Assembly (NCBI GenBank): GCA_964016885.1
Contig: OZ024741.1
Span: 15,252,001-15,316,000 of the forward strand
Direction: 5' to 3'
From: Eledone cirrhosa
Taxonomy: Eukaryota
Length of the DNA stretch: 64,000 nucleotides
Positions within the stretch are counted from its first letter, which is position 1; each line of letters starts with the position of its first letter. The notes beneath the pieces are model-generated. The model saw nothing but the letters and a program-made list of their open reading frames with translations. It searched no databases and had not been told where the DNA came from. Shown here piece after piece: positions 54,001 through 63,081 of this stretch. A program made the translations under genes and the position numbers.

Positions 54001-54241
54001 GATAATATGACACTGGAGAATATGACAGTAGATAATATGACACTGGAGAATATGACACTAGATAATATGACACTGGAGAATATGACACTGGATAATATGA
54101 CACTGGAGAATATGACTCTGGAGAATATGACAGTAGATAATATGACACTAGATAATATGACAGTAGAAAATTTTGACATTAGATAATATCACACTAGATA
54201 ATTTAACACTAGATAATATGACACTGGAAAATATGACACTG
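1..54241. repeat. 15-bp tandem satellite, consensus AATATGACACTRGAK, ~3,600 monomers, truncated by the left window edge
   Basis: Continuous 15-bp periodicity. Three dominant monomers (CTGGAT, CTAGAT, CTGGAG cores) plus GTAGAT and rarer variants. Ends abruptly at AATATGACACT|GATGCTTC near 54241. Confidence 0.99.
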
Positions 54242-54935
54242 ATGCTTCAGTCAATACAAAGTCCCGATGATCATCATTTTCTAACAAACCTTTTCGATAG
54301 CATGCTAGCCTATATGTTTCACACATTTACTCTCCTCAAATCTTGCAGTGATTTGAACCACGTACTTCATCTAACATGATCACATGATCAGTTGAATGAT
54401 GGCTGAGTGCCTCTCATGAATGGCAAAATTGAAGATGCACCAAAAAGCCTCATTGCTATGGATGTATCTTCGTTTCTCATACTGTACAACATCGTCATTT
54501 TTGTTTATCTGCTGACTGACATTCAGCATATGAGTGTATGCTGCAGAATCTAAACCTTTATTTATATATTTGCAAACATACTTAATAGAGTTAAGAGAGT
54601 TTCAGAATTCAACATTGATATGGGCTTTGAATGTGTTTGTAAGAAGATGACAACAGGCTCCAATCCACCGATTGTCAATGATGAATTCTTGCCCATTTCT
54701 CTCTTTTTTTTTGTTTCGAAGTAAATCCACCATGTCCAGGTTTTTTTTCTCCTGCAAAGGGGGTAGCCATATTCTCCAGTTTTGGTTTATTGTACAAAGG
54801 GACCTGGGTAGTTGTTGGTACACTTATTATCCCCCAAACATGGAAAGGATGGATTAATTGAACCATTGGACTGACAATTCCATGCTGCAGAGCATATTTC
54901 TTCCTTTGTCCAGAAGATCTTGAAATATATATTGT
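54232..54935 (-). mobile_element. Decayed Helitron RepHel fragment (C-terminal Rep/HUH domain and Rep-helicase linker)
   Basis: Manual minus-strand translation across frameshifts: GSINPSFPCLGDNKCTNNYPGPFVQ*TKTGEYGYPLCRR/PGHGGFT/RNGQEFIIDNRWIGACCHLLTNTFKAHINVEF*NSLNSIKYVCKYINKGLDSA...RRYIHSNEAFWCIFNFAIHERHSAIIQL//LDEVRGS/SLQDLRRVN/CETYRLACYRKGLLENDDHRDFVLTEASVS. These match Helitron hallmarks in the right order: GYPxYRRR, DNRWxVPY, HINVE, YxxKYxxKG (54554-54583), RYxSxxEAxW, GLLEDD. Stops and frameshifts make it non-functional. Confidence 0.92.
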
Positions 54936-54957
54936 ATTTTCCAGGGGCCACATCTAT

Positions 54958-55498
54958 AATGTGTGTGTGTATGTGTGTGTATGTGTGTATGTGTGTGAGT
55001 GTGCTGATGACAGGGCTCTCTCTAATGTGTGTGTGTCTGTATATGCCTACATGTGAATATGTCTGACTATGTATTTGTGTGTATGTATGTGTGTGTATGT
55101 ACATATATGTATGCCTGTATGTTTATGTATGTGTACGTGTATATATGTATGCATGTATATAGATACGTATGTGTTTGTGTATGTGTATGCATGTATATAT
55201 GTATGTATTGTGTGTGGGTGTATGTATGTATTCTGTCTATGTATATATGTATATATGTATGTATGTATGTGTGTATACATGTACATATGTATATATGTAT
55301 ACATATATATATGTATATATGTATGTGTGTATGTATGTATATATGTATCTATGTATGTATGTATCTATGTATGTATGTATGTATATATGTATGTATGTAT
55401 GTATGCATACATGTATGTATGTATATATGTATGTATGTACGTATGTATGTATGTATGTATATATATATATATGTGTGTATGTATGTATGTATGTATAT
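54958..55498. repeat. Compound (TG)n/(TATG)n/(TA)n microsatellite
   Basis: Degenerate GT and GTAT repeats read directly. Confidence 0.95.
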
Positions 55499-55750
55499 CT
55501 GGAAAACTCTGATATAACACCTGCAAGCCTGATGGTATCCAATGATGTTGACTTGTTCTTCTTTTTGGTAAATATCATCTTGGTTAAGAGAGTGGGACTG
55601 GCTTTGTGCAGTGCCTTTGCTCACTATAAAAGCTTCACGGCACAGGCATTGCTTTATATCTGGAGATCTCTCTGCACTTGTCATCACATGGTACCATGGG
55701 CCCAGCACTGTGTGACAATAATTGTCACAAGTGTAGTGTTTGTACCAGAG
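55499..55750 (-). mobile_element. Possible further, highly decayed upstream piece of the same Helitron
   Basis: Minus frame LGPWYH..AERSPD..EAFIV..IRVF loosely resembles Rep GGPRYM..ERTQD..DLFIT..ARVF, in the expected position and orientation. Similarity is weak. Confidence 0.25.
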
Positions 55751-56028
55751 TTTTCAAGTCGCTGGCTGGACTAAAAAGTCACACTCGTTCAGCGCATCGG
55801 TAGGGGTTCTCCTACATGGATATAAAATAGTGGCCGTACACGAAAACGAGTTGGCAGCCACCATGTATATCTGTGTATGTATGTATTTTACTGTTCTGAT
55901 GACAGGACTAATGCGATTCAGATGAGGTGTCTTCAGCTGTTTGGCTGTGTTATGGTATGAAACACCTGCATCTCACCCTCTTTCACGTCTATATAGAAGC
56001 ACACGCAAACACACGCGCATATACACAC

Positions 56029-56031
<3 letters not shown>

Positions 56032-56095
<64 letters not shown>

Positions 56096-56158
56096 TGTGT
56101 CTCTGTGTGTATGTCTGTATATTTATATGTGGATATGTATATATATATATATATATAT

Positions 56159-56160
<2 letters not shown>
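56032..56160. repeat. (TA)n tracts with a TG-rich spacer
   Basis: Direct reading. Confidence 0.95.
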
Positions 56161-57175
<1,015 letters not shown>

Positions 57176-57222
57176 GTTATATAGTGGTTTAAGATCCAAA
57201 TTCAATAAACAAACCAGGATTT

Positions 57223-57282
57223 TTTCATTCTGAGGATTGAAAGCAAAACCTTTTGCTTTTAAGAAACCACTGGTAAATGGAA
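57223..57282 (+). ncRNA. Type I hammerhead ribozyme with intact core
   Basis: TTTCATT-CTGAGGA-TTGAAAGCAAA-ACCT-TTTGCTTTTAA-GAA-ACC-ACT-GGT-A-AATGGAA. Stem I 7 bp, stem II 11 bp, stem III 3 bp. Predicted cleavage after 57275 (GUA). Confidence 0.85.
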
Positions 57283-57312
57283 TAATTGCCTTATGTTGTT
57301 TATTACATAATA

Positions 57313-57341
57313 ATATATATGTATATATGTATATATATGTG

Positions 57342-57389
<48 letters not shown>
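57313..57389. repeat. (TA)n
   Basis: Direct reading. Confidence 0.95.
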
Positions 57390-57392
<3 letters not shown>

Positions 57393-57462
57393 AAAAAAAG
57401 ATGAAATCGAAAATGCAACTGGAGTCTTATTTTTTTTTTAAATATATATATTTATTTGGTTC

Positions 57463-57498
57463 CTTTACCGGTTTCGCAGTTATTCTGCTTTTCAAAAG
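57463..57498 (-). ncRNA. Minimal hammerhead motif, U3-A8 core variant
   Basis: Minus strand CTT-TTGAAAA-GCAG-AATAA-CTGC-GAA-ACCGGT-A-AAG. Confidence 0.65.
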
Positions 57499-57566
57499 TA
57501 AAGTTGAGATGGAGGGTCTGTGGTTTTCACTGTGAGAAAAACGACAGACCCTCCATCTTAACTCTA

Positions 57567-57602
57567 CTTTTGAAAAGCAGAAGAACTGCGAAACCGGTAA
57601 AG
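57567..57602 (+). ncRNA. Minimal hammerhead motif, U3-A8 core variant
   Basis: CTT-TTGAAAA-GCAG-AAGAA-CTGC-GAA-ACCGGT-A-AAG. Perfect 4-bp stem II, palindromic ACCGGT in place of stem III, 3-bp stem I. Confidence 0.65.
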
Positions 57603-57756
57603 GAACCAAATAAATTTTTTTTTTTTTAAATAACACTCCAGTTGCATTTTCGATTTCATCTTTTTTTCTTTATACTTTCACTCGTGTAGGACACCGGTTA
57701 TTTTTCATTTTGTAAAAAAACCTCACTTTCTAATATATATATATATATATATATAA

Positions 57757-57969
57757 TTGGTGTGGGATGCTTAAAGCGTCCGTAAGCGGTATGCCGTTTG
57801 AGCACTCTATGCTTTTACAGAGCAGAGTATGATATCACATAAGAAACGGAGAATCAGTGGTGCTACGAATAAGATTTATGAGACATATAACAATCGTTTC
57901 TCTGGCGACCAGCTCGAGGCACGATCGATGTAATGATCAGCACCACTGATTCTCTGTTTCTTATGTGTT
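57757..57969 (-). mobile_element. Fold-back element E: 29-bp inverted repeats, one-sided tail, degenerate hammerhead-like core
   Basis: Arms 57836-57864 and 57939-57967 (1 mismatch). Minus-strand core CTCGAG-CTGG-TCG-CCAG-A-GAA-AC-GATT-GT-T. (TA)n flanks. Confidence 0.6.
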
Positions 57970-57983
57970 ATATATATATATAT

Positions 57984-58176
57984 AACAAAGGAATTGTGGT
58001 AAGGAACCAGATGGACCTTAACGCACCAGAGTACTTAATACTTAGGGTAGTAGAATGGGAAATAGGAAAAATGATGACCCCGACGGCAGAGCTCAAGCCG
58101 TTTCGACGGCTATATAGTCCAGAAATAGCCGTCGAAACGGCTTGAGGTCTTCCGTCAGGGTCATACTTTTTCCTAT
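57984..58176 (-). mobile_element. Second, inverted copy of fold-back element A
   Basis: Reverse complement of 56159-56363 with substitutions and a short deletion at the palindrome centre (palindrome 58062-58176). Confidence 0.85.
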
Positions 58177-58523
58177 ATATATATATGTATATATATATCT
58201 ATATATATATATGTATATATGTTTGTGTGATATATGTGTGTGTGTGTGTGGATAAGGAACACCTGTTCCGTTAAACGTGTTGTATTGTAAAACATAACGA
58301 CGGCTGTGTTATATTTGAGCACAAAAATGATATCGTTTACCTTATGTAATAATGAGAGACATGAAGGACTTCGATAACCGATCTTATCCTCGTAATTAGG
58401 AGGCACAATCTTCCTCTAGGGACACTTAAACCTGAAAACCAATGCCTGCATTGTCAGCTAATTCAATCTCCGTCATTCCGACAACAAATGTTCCAGTCGG
58501 ACACCCTAACCAGGAAAACAATA

Positions 58524-58708
58524 ATTGTTTCTACTTTTGGCACAAGGCCAGCAATTACCCCAGTGTATTACTGGTACTTTATTTTATCGACCCCGTAAGT
58601 ATGAAAGGCAAAGTTAACCTTGGCGGGATTTGAAATCAGAACGGAAAGGGCCGTAACTCTATGCTGCAAAGCATGGCGTCCGACCCGCTACCAATACTGC
58701 CAATCCAC
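58524..58708 (-). mobile_element. tRNA-derived SINE, family 1, internally shortened
   Basis: Minus strand A box TGGCAGTATTGG, B-box-like ATTTCAAATCC, central GCCTTTCATAC..GGGGTCGATAAAATAAAGTACCAG, 3' end GGCCTTGTGCC..GAAAC. Four other copies in the window. Confidence 0.85.
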
Positions 58709-58756
58709 CACAATGCCAATGTGTTTCAATTGATTTTGAAAATAACAAAAAAAAAT

Positions 58757-58969
58757 GGTTTCTGATTAAGGCACAAGGCCAACAATTTTGTGGGAGTGGA
58801 AAGTCGATTAAATCAACACCAGAGTATTACTGGTACTTTATTTTATCGAGCCCGTAAGTATGCAAGGCAAAGCTATTCTCGGCAGGATTTGAACTAAGAA
58901 CGTAAAGGGTCGTAACTGTATGCCGTGAAGCATGTTGTCCGGCGCTCTACCGATTCTGCCAATCCCCCG
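58757..58969 (-). mobile_element. tRNA-derived SINE, family 1
   Basis: A box TGGCAGAATCGG, B box GTTCAAATCC, same central and 3' blocks. Confidence 0.87.
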
Positions 58970-59055
58970 TCATAACAATTTGTGAAGTAATAGCATCAAA
59001 CAATAATAGAATCTCATCATATCTAGAGGTGAATATACTTCACAAATAACGTGAT

Positions 59056-59309
59056 TGTGTGAGGCTTAGTCTGTAGGGTGTTAGGTACACAATTGTAAGG
59101 TGACCGGTTCGATTCCCTGAGTGGCGGACTGTGTCCTTCAGCGTAAACACTTTATTTCTCGTTTCATCAGTCCAATCAGTTGGTAAACTCGAGTTGCACA
59201 TCTAAGCTAAAGGGCCAGCCTTGTCACACCCTGTGTCATGCTGAATCTCCCTGAGGATTGCGTTAAGATTACACATATTTGTGGAATTCTCAGTTATTCA
59301 CACGTTAAT
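59056..59309 (+). mobile_element. tRNA-derived SINE, family 2
   Basis: A-box-like GTGAGGCTTAGT, B box GGTTCGATTCC, then TGTGTCCTT..ACACTTTATTTC, shared with the copy at 59330. Confidence 0.7.
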
Positions 59310-59327
59310 CCCCCCCCCCCCCCCCCC
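59310..59327. repeat. C18 homopolymer
   Basis: Direct reading. Confidence 0.95.
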
Positions 59328-59329
59328 AT

Positions 59330-59431
59330 CGAAAGTTTGTGAGTTCAATTCTCGGACCGGGTGATGAGTTGTTTCCTTGAGCAAGACACTTTATTTCACG
59401 TTGCTCCAGTTTACTCAGCTGTAGAAATGAG
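59330..59431 (+). mobile_element. Truncated SINE, family 2
   Basis: B-box-like GAGTTCAATTC followed by TCCTTGAGCAAGACACTTTATTTCACGTTGCTCCAG. Confidence 0.65.
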
Positions 59432-59522
59432 ATGATAGGACTGGGGTCCCTATCATTAAATTACTCAAGACACCTCCAACGAGATATACCTTGGAGGAGG
59501 CCAGCTAAACCTGCATAGGTGT

Positions 59523-59600
59523 GAGCTGTCACACACATACACACAATTTCCCCAAATTCGCGAGCTGTCACACACTCCCACACAATTTCCCCCAACTCGC
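59523..59600. repeat. Two-copy 39-bp direct repeat
   Basis: GAGCTGTCACACAC..ACACAATTTCCCC..TCGC at 59523 and 59562. Confidence 0.85.
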
Positions 59601-59995
59601 TTATCCGTTAATCAAACAGGAACAGTGGTCGTCGTCGAACCCGACGAAGATCCAATAAGAACAACAGTGAAAATTCTCTTCCAGCAGATCTGTAAGGACA
59701 AACACAAGACAAGGGTCTCTCTAGTCAACTTCTACACAATCACACTACTACCTTCTCATTCCCTCTTCCAGCTAAAGATGAACGAATCAAAAGTCAGTAT
59801 GTTAGAAAACAAAGATGTTTTAGCATAATGTCTTTATGTGGAGGATATTTAAGAGGCTAATGTGGGCTAACCTTTCACCTCTGTCGCTTAAACTGTTTTC
59901 CCTGTCATTTTAAGGAACAACAATCTATCATGTCTCAATAAACTGACCACTAACATTAATCATGCTGGCTTTACTACACTTTCATATCTCACCTG

Positions 59996-60175
59996 TCCTT
60001 TCTCTCCATCTCCCCCTCTTACTCTCCTTTTCTCTCCTTCTTTTCTCTCTCATTCTTTTCTCTCTCCTTCTTTCCTCTCTCTCTCTCCTTCTTTCCTCTC
60101 TCCTTCTTTTCTCTCTCCCCCTCTCTCCTCACTTTATCCCTTATTCTCCCACCCCTTTTGTCTTTCTCTCTCTTT
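59996..60175. repeat. CT-rich polypyrimidine low-complexity tract
   Basis: Almost purine-free on the + strand. Confidence 0.9.
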
Positions 60176-60377
60176 AATACTATCAAGATTTTATCTCACA
60201 CCCACGGACTACATATATATATATATATATGTGTGTGTGTATATATATATATAAATATATGTGTGTATATATGTATATATGTATATATATAATGGAAAAT
60301 TTTAACAGGAACAAAACAAAGAGGCAGTACAACGAATGTTTATTAATTTAACGCTCTTGAGAGTGGGGTGGTGGTGG

Positions 60378-60413
60378 GTACGACGTTTCGGGCATAAGCC
60401 CTTCTTCAGGTGA
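60378..60413 (-). ncRNA. Minimal hammerhead motif, Penelope type
   Basis: Minus strand AC-CTGAAGA-A-GGGC-TTAT-GCCC-GAA-ACGT-C-GT. Intact core, 4-bp stem II, palindromic ACGT, GUC triplet. Stem I only 2 bp. Confidence 0.7.
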
Positions 60414-60503
60414 AAAGTGTGTGGGAAGAGACTTCAAAGGGTGTGTAGGGGAGGGGTGGAGAGACATATAGCAAAAACGGGGTGGGAGGAAACGGTGGAA
60501 ATG

Positions 60504-60810
60504 AAAATAAAAATAAAAATAAAAATAAAAATAAAAATAAAAGCATGATCAAAATAAAATTAAACTGGGGTAAAACAGGTGGTGGAAGGGTGTGGGGCGT
60601 GTAGGGGTGGTGGCGGGTGGAGTGGGGAGAGGGAGACGGGGTGTCCGAGCGGGGAGGGCTGAAGGTGGGGTGTGTGGGTGTACGTGTGTGTGTGTGTGTG
60701 TGTGTGTATGTGAAAGCAAGGGTTGGGGGAAGAACGGGGTTGCATGTTCAGGAAGAGGTGTGTGTGGGGTGGGGTGTAGGTCGGAGTGTGTGTGCGTGTG
60801 TGGATAAAGG

Positions 60811-60851
<41 letters not shown>
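60504..60851. repeat. (TAAAAA)n, G-rich/(GT)n low-complexity tract and (TA)n
   Basis: Direct reading; many GGG/GGGG runs in 60566-60812. Confidence 0.85.
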
Positions 60852-60854
<3 letters not shown>

Positions 60855-60875
60855 GAATAATAAACAATACAATAT

Positions 60876-60953
60876 AATTACCTCATTACCAGAGGTTTTC
60901 CGAATAAGACGAATACGAAAAACGTCCTCATTCGTTCATCGGACAAGGCAATT
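60876..60953 (-). ncRNA. Type I hammerhead-like motif, U4C core (CCGATGA)
   Basis: Inverted copy of 61793-61870. Reads GGAAAACC rather than GGGAAACC, so the GAAA register may be damaged. Confidence 0.5.
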
Positions 60954-61792
60954 TAAAACATAGTGAAATATTTTAAAAGTCTCCTCGAGAAAGGCAAGAG
61001 TTTAACGGGCAAAAAATATATAAATAAAAGTAATGCAAGAGATATATAAAAAAATAAGGAAATATAGTTAGGTTATGTGTATATGTATATACACTCACAA
61101 ATGTACATATGTGTGTATGTACAAATGCATGTGTATGGTGAAAATGTGTGCGTAAGTACATATATGAGGGCAAGTATACTTGTGTATATGTGACCACAAA
61201 TACGTATATAATATGAGTTGAAAAAGAAATTGTAAGATAATATAATTAACACGCATCCAGATACAGATATTAAATACACATACGAGTATGAAAGCACGCG
61301 TATAAACACACACACACACGCGGTCACTTATATGCGGAAGATAAAGAGGGAAGGGAGTGTAATAGTAAAAAGAAGTGTCATTCTCGATATTTGTATAAAA
61401 ATGAAACAATATATGAGAATGAAAACATTTGTTAAATCAAAGAGAAAGTAATCAATTAACACTAGAGAAAAGAAAACAAACATAGGTACGCACGTACACA
61501 CATATATATATATATATAAATATTTATACACACAAATACGTACAGACAAAAGCGCATGCATGCGTACATACATACACACGAGGCACGTATATATATATAT
61601 ATCGCCACATGTATATCTAATCACACGTACGTACGCGACTATATATATATATATACATATATACATACACACCCATACATACGTATACATATACACATAT
61701 ATACATACACATACATATACATTTATATATTTTTTGCCCGTTAAACTCTTGCCTTTCTTGAGGAGTCTTTTCAAATATTTCACTATGTTTTA

Positions 61793-61870
61793 AATTGCCT
61801 TGTCCGACGAACGAATGAGGACGTTTTTCGTATTCGTCTTGTTCGGGAAACCTCTGGTAATGAGGTAATT
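61793..61870 (+). ncRNA. Type I hammerhead-like motif, U4C core (CCGACGA), long stems
   Basis: AATTGCCTTGT-CCGACGA-[36 nt; CGAAT..GACG/CGTC..GTTCG stem]-GAA-ACC-TCT-GGT-A-ATGAGGTAATT. 11-bp stem I with 3 GU pairs. Confidence 0.68.
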
Positions 61871-61971
61871 ATATTGTATTGTTTATTATACATTAAATTT
61901 TGCTCTGGTACTTACATAGAGCACTCTTCACTCCTATGACTTTTTCAATTTTCAACGGAAACTTCAATACT

Positions 61972-61989
61972 TATATATATATATATATA

Positions 61990-62059
<70 letters not shown>

Positions 62060-62159
62060 GCGATGAAATACCCATGATCGTTTGGTAAATCACTGATGAG
62101 GGACTCATTTTATAACATGTTATCCATGTGCAACCAGCAGTATTCTTCTCACCCATATT

Positions 62160-62224
<65 letters not shown>
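61972..62224. repeat. Two (TA)n tracts separated by a ~105-bp unique insert
   Basis: (TA)n at 61972-62057 and 62164-62224. Confidence 0.9.
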
Positions 62225-62375
62225 ATGTTTCCTTTAAGTAGTGTGTATAGCGTATAATGTAGAGAATGATTAGTTTTACAACAGCTAAGACAATGCGAAA
62301 TGGACTAAAATGTATTTCAAATGAAGACCACCAAGTAGATTGTGTTACCTGCTGTCTATTATTAATATGAATGTC

Positions 62376-62588
62376 TTGGCAGTAATCGGTAGAGCGTCGG
62401 ATGCCATGCTTTGTGGCATAAAGTTACGGCCCTTTACGTTCTAAGTTCAAATCCCGCCGAAGTTAGCTTTGCCTTTCATCCTTTCGGGGTGGATAAATAA
62501 AGTACCAGTAATGCACTGGGGCCGATTTAATCGACTTTCCCCACGGCCCAAATTACTGGCCTTGTGCCTGTACTAGAAATCATTATTA
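62376..62588 (+). mobile_element. tRNA-derived SINE, family 1
   Basis: A box TGGCAGTAATCGG, B box GTTCAAATCC, GCCTTTCATCCTTTCGGGGTGGATAAATAAAGTACCAG, ends in ATT repeats. Confidence 0.88.
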
Positions 62589-62596
62589 CGAATGGT

Positions 62597-62814
62597 TTGG
62601 CAGTAATCGGTAGAGCGTCAGATACCCTGCTTTGTGGTATAAAGTTACGGTCCTTTACATTCCGAGTTCAAATCCCACCGAGGTTAGCTTTCCCTTTCAT
62701 CCTTTCGAGATGGATAAAATTAAGTACCAGTAATGCAATGGGATCGATTTAATAGACTTTTACCTCACCTAAAATTGTTGGCCTTCTGCTTAGTTGAGAA
62801 ATTATTATTATTAT
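62597..62814 (+). mobile_element. tRNA-derived SINE, family 1, tandem with the previous copy
   Basis: Same blocks; (ATT)n tail at 62801-62814. Confidence 0.87.
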
Positions 62815-62931
62815 CCGTCCTAATATTTCGACGGGTCAAATACAATACTAAATATAAGGTAACACACAAACTTCGTTGTCTTCATTTAAACTACACACAC
62901 GTCCCCTCAATCTATCTTATTTCACATACTT

Positions 62932-62967
62932 TCTTCTGATGAAGGACTAGCGACCGAAACGTTAAGA
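62932..62967 (+). ncRNA. Minimal hammerhead motif, Penelope type
   Basis: TCTT-CTGATGA-A-GGACTAGCGACC-GAA-ACGT-T-AAGA. 4-bp stem I, weak stem II, palindromic ACGT. Confidence 0.65.
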
Positions 62968-63081
62968 CTCTCTTCCTGTTATATCAAACGTTAACCTAAT
63001 ATATCCCTTCCATATACTGTACCGATTGTGTTGTTATTTCTGTTTACCTTTTATATATATATATATATAATAGTAATATTA

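Larger units (their letters stand above)
57386..57733 (+). mobile_element. Fold-back element D: ~140-bp-arm palindrome plus ~60-bp tail
   Basis: Arms ~57386-57527 and ~57537-57674, flanked by (TA)n. Each arm holds a minimal hammerhead. Confidence 0.82.
60851..61972 (+). mobile_element. Fold-back element F: ~175-bp inverted repeats around a ~695-bp low-complexity spacer, plus one-sided tail
   Basis: Arms 60851-61025 and 61721-61895, tail 61896-61972, (TA)n on both flanks, hammerhead motif in each arm. Confidence 0.82.

Noticed and set aside
4-54186. MTLDN ORFs as a pentapeptide-repeat or antifreeze-like protein gene
   Set aside because: Recurrent TAG stops and frameshifts, no unique termini or signal peptide, and a better explanation from the opposite-strand Helitron frame.
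1-54241. CRISPR array or diversity cassette
   Set aside because: No unique spacers and no cas or RT genes; the context is eukaryotic.
1-54241. Thousands of TGACA and WGATAA motifs as a transcription-factor sink
   Set aside because: Short motifs are expected in any amplified monomer; there is no supporting evidence.
55890-55975. CTGATGA followed by a distant GAAAC (also CTGATGA at 55003)
   Set aside because: No convincing stems I-III or cleavage triplet.
59440-59830. Unique-looking stretch with a 67-aa ORF
   Set aside because: No recognisable motif or splice structure; possibly an old transposon fragment.
62075-62145. CTGATGAGGGA..TCC..GCAACCAGCAG in a TA-flanked insert
   Set aside because: The GAAA box and cleavage triplet are missing; at most a dead relic.
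58880-62680. tRNA genes at GTTCAAATCC / GGTTCGATTCC sites
   Set aside because: No cloverleaf, and each continues into a repeated SINE body.
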